A stretch of 64,000 nucleotides of DNA from Hyphomicrobiales bacterium (GCA_947455995.1 CANGQA010000005.1:1599-65598); one strand, 5' to 3'; counted from the stretch's first letter, positions 46,796 to 58,162 are shown. Translations and numbers: made by a program. The notes: generated by a model from the sequence alone, not told the origin.

Positions 46796-48183
46796 GCATG
46801 ATGCAACTGATCGGCAAAGCTTCTTTATCAACGCGGATGATTGTCGGCGCTTTGCTGAGTAGTCTGACCGTACTGGCCGCAGCGGGTGTGATTCTCAGCC
46901 ATATCCATAGACAGGCCACGGAGCAGGCATTTGACGAACGGCTTAACGTCTATTTGCAGGCGCTGACCGGTGGATTGGCCTCACCGACCGAAAGCGACCA
47001 TTCGGAGCCTTCCGATCTTGGCGATCCCAAATTCGATTTGCCGATGTCGGGCTGGTATTGGCAGATTGACAGCGGGGGTGACGGTAAGGGTGTTACGATT
47101 GCGTCGCCCTCTTTGTTCGGGTCGAGGTTGCCGCGCTTGGTCACGCCGACACCACGCACCACCAGTTCCGATATTCTGATAGGCTATGTCATAGGCCCAG
47201 ATGGTCGTAATTTGCGGGTGATGGAGCGGATGGTTCTGACCCCGGATGGGGTCTGGCACAGGCTGCGCGTGGCGGCGGATGCCGATGAAATCGAGCGGGC
47301 CGTTCAGGCTTTTCGCTTTCCCCTTTTGCTGACATTCGGCCTGTTGGGTGCGATTATTGTCTGTCTGACAGCCTTGCAAGTCTGGTTGGGAATGCGTCCG
47401 TTGGGGCGGCTGTCCAAAGCCTTGGCCGACATCAGAACCGGACAGGCCGACAGGATTGATGGCGGCTATCCGCCCGATCTGGCTCCTCTGGCGCGGGAAT
47501 TGAACTTACTGCTCGAGTCCAACCGCGAGATCATGGAGCGGGCCCGTACGCAGGTCGGCAATCTTGCCCATGCTTTAAAGACGCCATTGAGCGTTATAGC
47601 CAACGAGGCTGCCACCATAGATGGCGAGGTAGGCGATAAAATCCGAGAGCAGTCGGCTGTGATAAGCACCCAGATGGACTGGTATCTCGAGCGCGCCAGA
47701 ACGGCGGCGGCCAGCGTTGCTCTGGGCAGAGCGACCGAGCTTGCTCCGGTGATTGGCGGGTTAGCAAGGGTGTTCGCTAAATTGTGGCAAAGCCGGGCCG
47801 TCGCGCTGGTGCATGAGATTCCATCCGGTCTGTGTTTTCGTGGCGAGAAACAGGATCTGGAGGAAATGCTTGGCAATTTGATCGATAATGCGGGCAAATG
47901 GGCCAGTACAAAGGTGACTGTAACGGCTTTTGTGAGTGAGGGCGTAGAGCCGTTTGTCAGTGTCATGATTGATGATGATGGCCCCGGTTTGGCCAAGGAA
48001 TTGCGAATTGAAGCCATGCAGCGTGGGCGCAGGCTCGATGAAACCCGCCCCGGTACGGGACTTGGTTTGGCGATTGTCGCCGATCTGGCCAAACTCTATG
48101 GCGGACAACTGACCCTGGAGGACAGTCCTGCTGGTGGATTACGGGCCTGTTTGCACTTGCCGGCACTGCAGTCCCCGTCATAA
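46792..48183 (+). CDS. Sensor histidine kinase (two TM, HAMP, HisKA, HATPase)
   Basis: It has an H-box (NLAHALKTPLS), an N-box (LIDNAGKW), G1 (DDDGPGL) and G2 (GTGLGLAIV). It overlaps the response-regulator stop. Confidence 0.9.
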   Translation: MSMMQLIGKASLSTRMIVGALLSSLTVLAAAGVILSHIHRQATEQAFDERLNVYLQALTGGLASPTESDHSEPSDLGDPKFDLPMSGWYWQIDSGGDGKGVTIASPSLFGSRLPRLVTPTPRTTSSDILIGYVIGPDGRNLRVMERMVLTPDGVWHRLRVAADADEIERAVQAFRFPLLLTFGLLGAIIVCLTALQVWLGMRPLGRLSKALADIRTGQADRIDGGYPPDLAPLARELNLLLESNREIMERARTQVGNLAHALKTPLSVIANEAATIDGEVGDKIREQSAVISTQMDWYLERARTAAASVALGRATELAPVIGGLARVFAKLWQSRAVALVHEIPSGLCFRGEKQDLEEMLGNLIDNAGKWASTKVTVTAFVSEGVEPFVSVMIDDDGPGLAKELRIEAMQRGRRLDETRPGTGLGLAIVADLAKLYGGQLTLEDSPAGGLRACLHLPALQSPS

Positions 48184-48314
48184 AGGCGCATGAATGTTAT
48201 TTCTGAGCATTGCCCGAATCTTGCCTATTTTGTATGAAATGGCTCAGTCAAGACTTCGGAACCTGCCTTTCGAAACCTCCATTCGGAACGGTTAAAACAA
48301 ACGGAAACAAGAAG

Positions 48315-48788
48315 ATGATGGGATCAAAAAAGCTTGTGACATGTGCTTTGGTCGGCGCGTTGGCTATCGGTGCAGCAGGCTGCTCGCAATCAACCGGACC
48401 GAACCAGTCCGGCGGCACGGTGATCGGGGCTGTCGCCGGTGGATTGATCGGGAGTCGTTTCGGTGGCGGTGGCGGCAAGGTTGCGGCTGTGATCGCTGGT
48501 ACAATGCTGGGTGGTATTGTCGGCTCGCAAATCGGCAAGAATATGGATGATGAAGCCCGTCAGCAGGCCTATAACGCCCAGTATCAGGCGGTTTCGACCG
48601 GTAATCCCTACAACTGGCAATCCAGCAACAGTGGTCCGCGCGGGTCTGTGGAGCCTGGTCCGGTCTATTCCGAAAGCGGCCGTGTTTGCCGTCAATATAC
48701 CCATACCATTATCATCGACGGACGACAGGAGCGTGGTGTAGGTACGGCCTGCCGTGCGCCGGATGGACGCTGGGATATTGTGAATTAA
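48315..48788 (+). CDS. Glycine-zipper outer-membrane lipoprotein (17-kDa surface antigen-like)
   Basis: It has a lipobox (AGCS), a glycine zipper (GAVAGGLIGSRFGGGGGKVAAVIAGTMLGGIVGSQIG) and a C-terminal CRQY...GTACRAPDGRW. Confidence 0.75.
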   Translation: MMGSKKLVTCALVGALAIGAAGCSQSTGPNQSGGTVIGAVAGGLIGSRFGGGGGKVAAVIAGTMLGGIVGSQIGKNMDDEARQQAYNAQYQAVSTGNPYNWQSSNSGPRGSVEPGPVYSESGRVCRQYTHTIIIDGRQERGVGTACRAPDGRWDIVN

Positions 48789-48807
48789 TCAACTGATCGA
48801 AGAGATC

Positions 48808-48830
48808 GGGCCGTAAACGCGGCCCATTTC
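48808..48830 (+). terminator. Weak candidate terminator after the lipoprotein gene
   Basis: The hairpin GGGCCG-TAAACG-CGGCCC is followed by ATTTC. The U-tail is short. Confidence 0.35.
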
Positions 48831-48909
48831 GGTTGTCGCGGTTGTATAAGTTGTGACGAGGCAGAGTTTGCGCGTGACAAGATGGGGCAATCGCCGCTAA
48901 CAAGGCCCT

Positions 48910-49758
48910 ATGCAAGCATCTTTGATTGACGCGCTGATGTTTTCTCTCATGGTGGGCGGTGCCGTGATGGCTGTACTGTGGCCCTTGTCACGAGTTCACG
49001 TGCAACCTGCTGCCGCCCAGCTTGATGTTGATTTCTATCGCCTTCGTCTGACTGAAATTGACGAAGATCTTGCCCGTGGGCTGATCCGCGACCGTGAGGC
49101 CGAAGCTGCCCGTACCGAGGCTGCCCGACGTATTCTTGCGCTCAAGCCCGACGCACAGAGTTTTTCGGATCAACCCGCTGCCCATCGTGGACAAGCCGCC
49201 TTGATGGCTTTGATTGCTATTCCACTGGTCAGTTTGAGCCTGTACGGCATCTGGGGAAATCCCGGTCAACCGGATATGCCCTATGCCGAGCGCCCGGCTG
49301 CGTCGTCGGTGTCCAATGTCTCTGGTATGGCGGGCATCCTATCGAAAATCGAAACCCATTTGGCGACGCATCCGGATGATTTGCAGGGGTGGGAATTGAT
49401 TGCGCCGATCTATATGGCGACCGGACAATTCGATGATGCTGTTAAAGCCTATACGGCTTTGGTGCGCGGCATGCAGCCGAGTGTTGCACATTTCGAGGCT
49501 CTGGGCGAAGCCATTGTGGCCCAAGCCGATGGCCTGGTGACTGCCGAGGCTGTTGCCGTGTTTGCCAAAGCCCTTGCTCTTGATGGGAATGCACGCTCGG
49601 CCCGTTTTTATTCAGCGCTCGCACTGGAACAAGATGGCCGCACAGCGGATGCTGCAAAAGCCTACCGGTCTTTGTTATCTGAATTAGAGACAGGCAGTGA
49701 AGCTGCACAAACCGTCCAGCAAAGGCTTGAAGAACTGGAAAAGGGCCGCGGCCGATGA
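48910..49758 (+). CDS. ccmI: Cytochrome c-type biogenesis protein CcmI (CycH), TPR-containing
   Basis: It has an N-terminal TM, the motif [18 protein letters not shown] and C-terminal TPR repeats. It sits at the head of ccmE-F-H. Confidence 0.8.
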   Translation: MQASLIDALMFSLMVGGAVMAVLWPLSRVHVQPAAAQLDVDFYRLRLTEIDEDLARGLIRDREAEAARTEAARRILALKPDAQSFSDQPAAHRGQAALMALIAIPLVSLSLYGIWGNPGQPDMPYAERPAASSVSNVSGMAGILSKIETHLATHPDDLQGWELIAPIYMATGQFDDAVKAYTALVRGMQPSVAHFEALGEAIVAQADGLVTAEAVAVFAKALALDGNARSARFYSALALEQDGRTADAAKAYRSLLSELETGSEAAQTVQQRLEELEKGRGR

Positions 49759-50198
49759 CCCGTAAAACACGACGTCTGATCATCATCGCGGGGCTAGGCT
49801 CGATTTTGGCATTTGCGGTCGGTTTGGTGCTTTATGCCCTCAATGACTCCATCGTGTTTTTCTATGGCCCGACCGAAGTGATCGAGAAAAAAATCAATGT
49901 CGGTGCACGCTTGAGAATTGGTGGACTTGTGAAAGTCGGATCGGTTGTCAGGTCATCGGATCGGATGGTCGAATTTGTTGTCGGTGACGGCAACAACGAG
50001 ATTGTGATCCATTATAAAGGCTTGTTACCCGATCTGTTCCGCGAGGGGCAGGGGATTGTTGCCGAAGGCAGGCTGGAGGCGGGACAAAGGTTTGCTGCTG
50101 ACAGTGTGCTGGCCAAGCATGACGAGAATTATATGCCGCGCGAAGTCGCCGATTCCTTGAAAAAGCAGGGTCATTGGCAAGGGGAGACAAAGCCATGA
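49755..50198 (+). CDS. ccmE: Cytochrome c maturation haem chaperone CcmE (CycJ)
   Basis: It has a TM anchor, the motif RLRIGGLV and the haem-binding region [13 protein letters not shown]. Confidence 0.95.
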   Translation: MTRKTRRLIIIAGLGSILAFAVGLVLYALNDSIVFFYGPTEVIEKKINVGARLRIGGLVKVGSVVRSSDRMVEFVVGDGNNEIVIHYKGLLPDLFREGQGIVAEGRLEAGQRFAADSVLAKHDENYMPREVADSLKKQGHWQGETKP

Positions 50199-50211
50199 GG
50201 GACTCCCTTAT

Positions 50212-52185
50212 ATGACAGTTGAGTGGGGGCATTTCGCGCTCATCCTTGCGCTGGTTCTGTCGTTGTGTCAGGTCGGGCTGCCATTTTGGGGGCTTGTCGG
50301 CCGTGATGCCGCTTTGATGCAGACAGCACGCGGTACGGCTGTCGGCAGTTTTGTGTTCACATTCTTGGCTTTTACGGCTCTGAGTTATGCCTATGTGCAA
50401 TCGGATTTCTCGGTCATCAATGTGGCCATGAACTCTCATTCGACCAAACCGCTTGCTTATAAAATATCCGGCGTATGGTCGAACCATGAAGGGTCTATGC
50501 TGCTATGGGTTTTGATCCTTACCCTGTTTGCCGCTTTGGTCGCGATGGCACGCCAAGCGATACCGCTGTCTCTCCTGGCGGCGGTTTTGATGGTGCAAGG
50601 AGCGGTGGCGAGTGCCTTCTTGTCGTTTATCCTGATGACTTCAAACCCATTTCTGCGCACGTTGGATGTCCCTGCAGAAGGGCGGGGGTTGAACCCGATC
50701 TTGCAAGATCCAGGTTTAGCAATCCACCCGCCGCTGCTCTATATCGGCTATGTTGGTTTTTCGATTGCCTTTTCCTTCGCCATCGGTGCGCTGATTCATG
50801 GTCGGATAGATGCTGTCTGGGCGCGGTTTGTGCGTCCCTGGACCCTTCTGGCCTGGTCCTTTTTGACGTTGGGAATCGCGATGGGCTCGTATTGGGCCTA
50901 TTATGAATTGGGGTGGGGTGGTTTCTGGTTCTGGGATCCGGTCGAAAATGCCTCTCTCATGCCTTGGCTTGCGGGGACCGCGTTGCTGCATTCCACAGTT
51001 GTGATGGAAAAACGCGATGCGCTGAAGGTCTGGACTATCCTACTGTCTATACTGACCTTTTCCATGTCACTGATCGGCACATTTCTAGTACGCTCGGGCG
51101 TATTGACCTCTGTTCATACCTTTGCATCCGATCCGTCGCGCGGTAAATTCATACTGGGGATTCTGGTGTTTTTTATCGGCGGTGGTCTCAGTCTGTTTGC
51201 GTGGCGGGCTAATGCCTTGCGGCAGGGCGGGTTATTTGCTCCGATTTCTCGTGAAGCCGGATTGGTGCTTAACAATCTGGTGCTTGCAACGATGGCTGCA
51301 ACGGTGCTGATCGGGACGCTTTATCCTCTGGTTCTGGAGGCTATCAGCGGGGACAAGATTTCGGTTGGAGCGCCCTTTTTCGAGACGACGATGCTGCCGC
51401 TATTTCTGCCGCTTGCGGTCCTGCAGCCTTTGGGCACGGCCCTCTCGTGGAAGCGAGCCGATGTGTGGGCGGCTATGAATCGTCTGTCATGGGCCTTCGG
51501 CTTATCGCTGCTTGTCATGGGTATCGTGCTTTATGCGACGCGCGGTGGTTCTGTACTCGCACCAATCGGTGCTGGGATCGGCTTATGGCTGGTGCTGGGA
51601 TCGCTGGGGGATCTGTGGCTTCGAGTCTGGCGGGCCAAAGCGGGTTGGGTGGGGAACTTGTCTCGGCTGACAGGCCTGCCGCGTTCGGCTTGGGGAACCG
51701 CGTTGGCCCATGCCGGCTTGGGTATTTCGCTGATCGGCATTGCCGCGACGGGCTGGGGCACAGAGGTCATTTCAACGGTTGGCAAAGGTGCAGAAGTTCC
51801 TGCTGGACCTTATCGCTTGGTGCTTGAACAGGTGATCACCCGGAATGGTCCCGATTATCGTGAAACGATCGGGCGGTTTCAGGTGTATTCTGAACACAAC
51901 AAACTTGGTGTGATCGAGCCGGGCAAGCGTATTTTTATCGGGCAGACCATGCCTAAAACCGAAGCCGGGTTGATGACCCTCGGTCTCGGTCAAATCTATG
52001 CCAGCCTTGGGGATTTCCAACCGGACGGGACAGTCTCCTTACGGCTTTACTGGAAGCCGTTGGTGGTCCTGATCTGGGGAGGTGCCTTGGTCATGGCATT
52101 TGGCGGATTTTTGTCGTTGCTCGACCGCCGCTCTCGCATTGCGGCTCCCCGAAAAGCCGGACTGGCGCAAGGGGATGCGGCATAA
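50212..52185 (+). CDS. ccmF: Cytochrome c haem lyase subunit CcmF (CycK)
   Basis: 657 aa and polytopic, with the WWD motif WGGFWFWDPVENASLMPWL. Confidence 0.95.
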   Translation: MTVEWGHFALILALVLSLCQVGLPFWGLVGRDAALMQTARGTAVGSFVFTFLAFTALSYAYVQSDFSVINVAMNSHSTKPLAYKISGVWSNHEGSMLLWVLILTLFAALVAMARQAIPLSLLAAVLMVQGAVASAFLSFILMTSNPFLRTLDVPAEGRGLNPILQDPGLAIHPPLLYIGYVGFSIAFSFAIGALIHGRIDAVWARFVRPWTLLAWSFLTLGIAMGSYWAYYELGWGGFWFWDPVENASLMPWLAGTALLHSTVVMEKRDALKVWTILLSILTFSMSLIGTFLVRSGVLTSVHTFASDPSRGKFILGILVFFIGGGLSLFAWRANALRQGGLFAPISREAGLVLNNLVLATMAATVLIGTLYPLVLEAISGDKISVGAPFFETTMLPLFLPLAVLQPLGTALSWKRADVWAAMNRLSWAFGLSLLVMGIVLYATRGGSVLAPIGAGIGLWLVLGSLGDLWLRVWRAKAGWVGNLSRLTGLPRSAWGTALAHAGLGISLIGIAATGWGTEVISTVGKGAEVPAGPYRLVLEQVITRNGPDYRETIGRFQVYSEHNKLGVIEPGKRIFIGQTMPKTEAGLMTLGLGQIYASLGDFQPDGTVSLRLYWKPLVVLIWGGALVMAFGGFLSLLDRRSRIAAPRKAGLAQGDAA

Positions 52186-52703
52186 TGTGGCAGCGCGTGC
52201 AAAGCCTTCCAGCCTTTGTCCTTGTTGTTATGCTGGCTTTGTCGGGACTGGCACCGCTTCATGCCGTAGAGCCGGATGAGCGTTTGGCAGATCCTGCACA
52301 GGAGGTGCGGGCGCGGGCGTTGTCGAGTGGCTTGCGCTGTTTGGTATGCCAAAACCAGTCGATTGATGATTCCAACGCCCCTCTGGCGCGCGACCTGCGG
52401 ATCTTATTGCGCGAGCGGATTGCCGCCGGTGATGATGATGCCACCATCACGCGCGATCTGGTGGCGCGCTACGGTGATTTTATTCTGCTGCAACCCCCTT
52501 TCAATCCCCGCACGCTGGTATTGTGGACTGCACCCTTCGTGTTGCTTGCCGCGGGAGGATGGATATTGTTCAACCGCTCGCGCCGCAGGCCTGCAGTTGA
52601 TAAAACCGCTCCCCTGACCGAACAAGAACGGGAGAATTTACGCCGTCTGCTCGCTCAAGACCAGGCCGATCCTCATTCCGACCATCCAAATCACCGGGCT
52701 TGA
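52185..52703 (+). CDS. ccmH: Cytochrome c biogenesis thiol-oxidoreductase subunit CcmH (CycL)
   Basis: It has a signal peptide and the motif LRCLVCQNQSIDDSNAPLARDLR (CXXC). Confidence 0.9.
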   Translation: MWQRVQSLPAFVLVVMLALSGLAPLHAVEPDERLADPAQEVRARALSSGLRCLVCQNQSIDDSNAPLARDLRILLRERIAAGDDDATITRDLVARYGDFILLQPPFNPRTLVLWTAPFVLLAAGGWILFNRSRRRPAVDKTAPLTEQERENLRRLLAQDQADPHSDHPNHRA

Positions 52704-52796
52704 ACAAAGGGCCACACGCTGGACGTTGCCTCGATTTCATGCAGACTGAGAACTTGCATGGAAAAGTGGCAAGTCAGGCATTGAAAGACACTTTGG

Positions 52797-55778
52797 ATGA
52801 CAGACGGCATTATTGGGGCAAGTGTTTTTGAGCATCAACCGACACTGGCTGACCAAGTCGCCTGTACCATCAAGCTGGTGGCCGGCAAGCAGGCGCGACG
52901 GATCGTCTCACTCTCACTGGACGATGCGCGCGAAGAGGGGGTGGATTTCACCCAACTGTTGATCGATCATCCCGCGCTTGGCGATATGTTGGCCGGATTG
53001 GCCGATCATTCTCCTTATTTGTGGCGGTTGATACGGCATGATTGGTCGCGCAGTCACGCTTTACTCACCCAGCCCCCTGCACAGGCCCTTGAGCGGATTT
53101 TGAACGCCGCGGATCAGGCGTGGCGGCACGAAGCCCACAGCTCTGATCCTGCATCAGAGACCGAAGTGATGCGCCGCCTACGCCGTTTGAAACAGGAAAT
53201 CGCCTTGTTGATCGCCCTTTGTGATCTGGGGCAGATCTGGAGCGTTGAGCAGGTCACCGCAGCACTGAGTGATTTTGCCGATCGCACGCTCAATGCAGCC
53301 CTGCGCAGTTTGCTGGCCTTGGCGGGGAGCGAGGGCCGGATCAGTCTCGCTGATCGGGATGATCCGACCATCGGTTCGGGACTCGTTGTGCTGGCTTTGG
53401 GTAAACATGGCGCACGCGAATTGAATTATTCCTCCGATATCGATGTGGTGGTTCTGTATGAACCGTCCCGTGTGCCTCTGGTCGAGCGGTGCGAACCGGG
53501 GCCGTTTTTTGTTCGCCTGACCCAGAGGCTTGTGCGCTTGATGCAGGAGCGGACGGCGGATGGCTATGTGTTTCGCACTGATCTGCGTTTGCGGCCTGAT
53601 CCGGCCTCGACCCCCATCGCGATCTCGCTTGATTCCGCCTATGCCTATTATGAAAGCGTAGGGCAGAATTGGGAACGTGCTGCCTTGATCAAGGCCCGGC
53701 CTGTTGCGGGTGATCTGGCATTGGGTTTTGACTTCATTGCAGCTTTGAAGCCCTTCATTTGGCGCAAATATTTCGACTTCGCAGCGATTGCCGATATTCA
53801 TGCGATGAAACGGCAAATCCATGCTGTTCGCGGCCATGAAACCATTGCGGTGATCGGGCATGACATCAAATTGGGTCGTGGCGGGATTCGCGAGATCGAG
53901 TTTTTTGTGCAAACCCAGCAGCTGGTATTCGGCGGCAGGCGACCGCAACTGAGGGGCCAGCGGACGCTCGATATGCTGGTTGCCTTGCGCGATGATGGCT
54001 GGATCTCGGATGCTGCCGTGGTCGATTTAACCCATGCCTACCGCTTTTTGAGGATGATCGAGCACCGTCTGCAAATGCGCGAGGACGAGCAGACCCAGCG
54101 CCTGCCCGCCGATGAGGAACGGATGCTGGCCTTCGCCAAATTCTGCGGCTATGGCTCGGTTGCGACCTTTGGCAAGGCTTTGACCGGACATGCCCGCAAG
54201 GTCGAGCGGCATTATGCGCGGCTCTTCGAGGAGGGTAGCGAACTGGCCACCTCGGAAGGCAGTCTTGTTTTTACCGGTACAACCGATGATCCCGATACAT
54301 TGCGCACGATAAAGCGGATGGGCTTTGTCCAGCCCTCTGAAGTGGCAGAGACGGTGCGGGGCTGGCATTTCGGTCGTCGGCAGGCCGTCACCAGTCCGAG
54401 GGCGCGCGAGGTGCTGACGGAGCTTGTTCCTGCTTTGCTGACGGCGTTTGGGCATACAGCTGATCCCGATGCGGCCTTGTTCAGTTTCGACAAGGCACTT
54501 GGGGGTATGCCGGCTGCCGTCGAGCTGTTTTCCATCCTTAAATCCAATACCAATGTCCTGCGTCTCTTTGCTGATGTTCTGGGGTCCGCGCCACGTTTGG
54601 CTGATATGGTGGCCCAGCGTCCTCATGTCCTTGATGCGGTGATCGATCCGGCTTTTGTGGCTCCGATGCCGAGCGCCGCATTGTTCATGAGCAGAATTCG
54701 CGAAGGTCTGTCGGGTCTTGACCAGTTTGAGGATGTCCTCGACCGGCTTCGTGAAATGGCCCATCACGAGATGTTCGTGATTGGAGCCCGGTTACTCTCC
54801 AGCGTGCTGTCACCGTCTCAGGCGGGAGAGAGCTATGCGGCTTTGGCCGATGCGGTGGTCACATGCGCTTTGGAGGAGGTCCGTATCCGTTTTGAGAGCG
54901 AATACGGGGTGATACAAGGCGGACAATTGGTGGTGATCGGCTTGGGCCGTCTGGGTTCGAGCGAGATGACGGCAACCTCAGATCTCGATCTGGTGCTGCT
55001 TTATGATTTTGATCCCGATACGGCTGAAAGTTCTGGCCCGCGCAGGTTGCCGCCGACCACCTATTACGGTCGTCTGACGCAACGACTGATCAGTGCTTTG
55101 ACGGTTCCGACACGGCGGGGCACTCTTTATTCTGTCGATATGCGACTGCGTCCTACCGGCAATAAAGGGCCTGCCGCAACCCAGTTCAAAGGTTTTATCG
55201 ATTATCAGGCAACAGAGGCTGAAACATGGGAGCAGATGGCGCTGGTGCGGGCCCGTGTGCTTGCAGGTGATCAGGAGCTGATGGTCAAAGCCGAGGAGGC
55301 GATCAGGACGGTTCTGCAAACGCGGCGCAAACCGGCCAAAATCAAGGCCGATGCCTTGACGATGCGGCGGATGATTGCCTTGGAGAAAGGCGAGGATCAG
55401 CCATGGGATCTCAAAAATGCGGCGGGCGGTTTGACCGATCTGGAATTTTTAACCCAAACACTGGTGCTCAATCACAGTGCCGATCATCCCGGTCTGATAA
55501 AGCGCGAGGCCCGCGCCATTTTTGAGGCCGCGATGAAGGCGGGTTTGATCGAGGCCAATGATGCAGACCAGTTGATCATGGCGCATGCGATGATGCGCGA
55601 TCTGTTTCAATGGGTCAGGCTGACCCTCGGGGATGGAAATGCTGTGACGTCAGCCAGCAAGGGGCTGAAGCGCCAATTGGCTGTGACGGCAGGTCTGCCC
55701 GACTTCAATGTGTTATCAAGCCATTTGCGCGAGACCCAAAAAATTGTACGCCATCTGTTTAATGAAATGATGGCGTAA
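52797..55778 (+). CDS. glnE: Bifunctional glutamine synthetase adenylyltransferase / adenylyl-removing enzyme
   Basis: 993 aa with two nucleotidyltransferase halves (GKHGARELNYSSDIDVV and GRLGSSEMTATSDLDLVLLYD). Confidence 0.95.
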   Translation: MTDGIIGASVFEHQPTLADQVACTIKLVAGKQARRIVSLSLDDAREEGVDFTQLLIDHPALGDMLAGLADHSPYLWRLIRHDWSRSHALLTQPPAQALERILNAADQAWRHEAHSSDPASETEVMRRLRRLKQEIALLIALCDLGQIWSVEQVTAALSDFADRTLNAALRSLLALAGSEGRISLADRDDPTIGSGLVVLALGKHGARELNYSSDIDVVVLYEPSRVPLVERCEPGPFFVRLTQRLVRLMQERTADGYVFRTDLRLRPDPASTPIAISLDSAYAYYESVGQNWERAALIKARPVAGDLALGFDFIAALKPFIWRKYFDFAAIADIHAMKRQIHAVRGHETIAVIGHDIKLGRGGIREIEFFVQTQQLVFGGRRPQLRGQRTLDMLVALRDDGWISDAAVVDLTHAYRFLRMIEHRLQMREDEQTQRLPADEERMLAFAKFCGYGSVATFGKALTGHARKVERHYARLFEEGSELATSEGSLVFTGTTDDPDTLRTIKRMGFVQPSEVAETVRGWHFGRRQAVTSPRAREVLTELVPALLTAFGHTADPDAALFSFDKALGGMPAAVELFSILKSNTNVLRLFADVLGSAPRLADMVAQRPHVLDAVIDPAFVAPMPSAALFMSRIREGLSGLDQFEDVLDRLREMAHHEMFVIGARLLSSVLSPSQAGESYAALADAVVTCALEEVRIRFESEYGVIQGGQLVVIGLGRLGSSEMTATSDLDLVLLYDFDPDTAESSGPRRLPPTTYYGRLTQRLISALTVPTRRGTLYSVDMRLRPTGNKGPAATQFKGFIDYQATEAETWEQMALVRARVLAGDQELMVKAEEAIRTVLQTRRKPAKIKADALTMRRMIALEKGEDQPWDLKNAAGGLTDLEFLTQTLVLNHSADHPGLIKREARAIFEAAMKAGLIEANDADQLIMAHAMMRDLFQWVRLTLGDGNAVTSASKGLKRQLAVTAGLPDFNVLSSHLRETQKIVRHLFNEMMA

Positions 55779-55783
55779 TCCGG

Positions 55784-58162
55784 TCAGGCTGCAATCCGGT
55801 TTGGAGCATCGCGCAAAGGCAAATGTACCAGCACGATGGTGCCGACACCTTCATTTGAGCGGATGCGTAATCCACCGCCATGCAATTCGGTGAAGGAGCG
55901 CGCAATGGCCAGACCTAGGCCGGAGCCTTCGCTTGGCTTGCTCGAATCCAGATCGACCCAGGTAAACGGTTTGGCGAGCTTGGGCAGCGCATCGCGCGGA
56001 ATTCCCACTCCGGTATCTTCGACATAGATGTTCAAAGCCCCCGAGACGATCCGCGAACTCATTGTGACCCGTCCGCCTGCAGGGGTAAATTTGACCGCGT
56101 TTTTCAGCAAATGTCCAAGAATACGGTTTATGGCACGCGGGTCGGCATAAAGTGTGCCTGTTGCCGTCATGTCGTCGATCAACGTGATGCCTTTTTGCTC
56201 GGCTTCCTTCCGGATGGCTGCGAAAGCATCGTGCAGGGTCGCGTCAATCGGCAAGGTTTGGCGCTCAATCTTGACCTTGCCCGCTTCCAGTTCGGCCATG
56301 TCGAGAATATCGGCGATCACCGCCAGCAGGCTATGGCCACTTTTGGAAATGTCGTTGCAGTAATCATGGTATTTTTTGTGTCCAAGCGGACCGAACATTT
56401 CCTTTTCCATGATCTCCGAAAATCCCAGAATGGCGTTGAGAGGTGTGCGCAGATCATGGCTCATTTTGGCAAGGAATTCGGATTTCGCGCGGTTGGCCCC
56501 TTCGGCTTCTGCCTTTTGCTCAAGATAGCGTTGTGCCAGTTCGTTCAGCTTGTCTGTCTGAATTTCGAGCGCCTGGCGCGAACGTTTGAGATCGGAAATC
56601 ATTTGTGTCTGGCGCCGTTCGGCATCTTTGAGTTGTGTGATGTCGGTGCCGACCGAGACATAGCCACCGTCGCGCGTGCGGCGTTCATTCAGCTGCAGCC
56701 AGCGATTGTCGGGCATCTGCACGATGTAATTGCCGGATTGGATTGCGTTGTCGGGGTTGAGTTCAGCGACGCTGTGATAGGTTGGAGGCGTCAGATAGGG
56801 CGCAATATCGTGATAGGGTGTGCCTGCCTGTACCTGCGATAAAGCCAGCTGGTGCAGTTTCTGGAAGCGTGAATTGCACATGACAAGGCGGTTGTCGGCA
56901 TCCCACAACACGAAGGATTCCCCAAAGGCTTCGATGGCTTCGCGCAAACGCAGATTGGCCGTCAGATTTTCAGCTTCCAGTCTGCGCTGGTCAGACATGT
57001 CGACAGCAATGCCGACCAGATGCAAACGGTTCTCGTTCTGGTCGAGAATCAGTTCTGCCCGCGCACGTACCCAGACCCATTCACCATCCGCGCTGCGAAT
57101 TCGGAACGAATGGTCAACGGCGGTTTCCTGATGATCGGCCAGACGCTGGGCCAGGACGTAGAGGTTTTCATCGTCGGGATGGATCAGATCGTTGATCTCG
57201 CCAAAGGCCAGAAATTCACTGACGCGTTGATAGCCGAGCATCTCGTACATCGAGTCCGACCAGTAGAGCGAGCCGCGCGCGATATCCCAATCCCACAAGC
57301 CACACCGCCCGCGCGACAAAGCAGTATCAATCCTCTCGCGCACCTTCTGCACAGCATCATCGGCTTTTTTGACACGCCATGACTGCCAGAAAAAGGCTAT
57401 CGCCAATCCTGCCATGACCAGGGCGGTGGCTGCAAACAAAGTGATCGTTGCTGCGGTTCTCTCTTTCCAGCGTTGCAGGGCTTGAGTAACCGGATTCACG
57501 ACGATTGCCAGTGCCCCTTTATTGCCTATGGCCCTTGCCATCGCCAAGGCTTTGCTGCCGTCAGGAAGAGTAATGGCGACAACGCCGGCATTGTCAGCAA
57601 GAACTGTAATTGGCTGGCTTTGACCGAGGCGGCTGGAAACTGTTCCTGAAATGCCAAGTTTGGCAGGAGCCGTGGCCACAATCATACCTTGCTCGTCGGC
57701 GATATAAACCTGTGAGCCATGGCGTAGACGCTGTTCGGGCAGGATACGTCCCAGCGTGGCTGCAATATTGGTGACGCTTTTCGGGCTATCGAGCTTTTGT
57801 CCTGCCAAAGAAGCTGTGAGTTCCGAGGTCACATAGGCTGAAATCAACTCGATCTCGCCCGCGGAATCGGTTAGCGTTTCATTGCGTATGGTGATCGATT
57901 GAAGCGTGAAGGCGACGCCGATCACAACAGCGAAAACCATCGCAAGCGAAGGCACAAGACGGCGGAGCATCGGCTCTGCTGCCATCAGTCTTTCGCTGAA
58001 TGTCTGCTTAGGGGCTTGCGAGCCTCTTGCCATGCCCGACAAGATCGGTTGCGTGGCATCACAGGATTCTGCTTTGGCTGCGAAAATGCGCGCCATTCTT
58101 TCCTCGTTCATTGCGTCCATTAACGGGGAATCCATTGAAGGTTTCCTCCGAATCATCTGCAT
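55784..58162 (-). CDS. Membrane PAS-domain sensor histidine kinase (PleC-like)
   Basis: It has two TM segments with a periplasmic loop, then PAS repeats. The H-box is ANRAKSEFLAKMSHDLRTPLNAILGFSE, with G1 (DTGVGI) and G2 (GSGLGLAI). It has no receiver domain. Confidence 0.85.
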   Translation of the reverse strand: MQMIRRKPSMDSPLMDAMNEERMARIFAAKAESCDATQPILSGMARGSQAPKQTFSERLMAAEPMLRRLVPSLAMVFAVVIGVAFTLQSITIRNETLTDSAGEIELISAYVTSELTASLAGQKLDSPKSVTNIAATLGRILPEQRLRHGSQVYIADEQGMIVATAPAKLGISGTVSSRLGQSQPITVLADNAGVVAITLPDGSKALAMARAIGNKGALAIVVNPVTQALQRWKERTAATITLFAATALVMAGLAIAFFWQSWRVKKADDAVQKVRERIDTALSRGRCGLWDWDIARGSLYWSDSMYEMLGYQRVSEFLAFGEINDLIHPDDENLYVLAQRLADHQETAVDHSFRIRSADGEWVWVRARAELILDQNENRLHLVGIAVDMSDQRRLEAENLTANLRLREAIEAFGESFVLWDADNRLVMCNSRFQKLHQLALSQVQAGTPYHDIAPYLTPPTYHSVAELNPDNAIQSGNYIVQMPDNRWLQLNERRTRDGGYVSVGTDITQLKDAERRQTQMISDLKRSRQALEIQTDKLNELAQRYLEQKAEAEGANRAKSEFLAKMSHDLRTPLNAILGFSEIMEKEMFGPLGHKKYHDYCNDISKSGHSLLAVIADILDMAELEAGKVKIERQTLPIDATLHDAFAAIRKEAEQKGITLIDDMTATGTLYADPRAINRILGHLLKNAVKFTPAGGRVTMSSRIVSGALNIYVEDTGVGIPRDALPKLAKPFTWVDLDSSKPSEGSGLGLAIARSFTELHGGGLRIRSNEGVGTIVLVHLPLRDAPNRIAA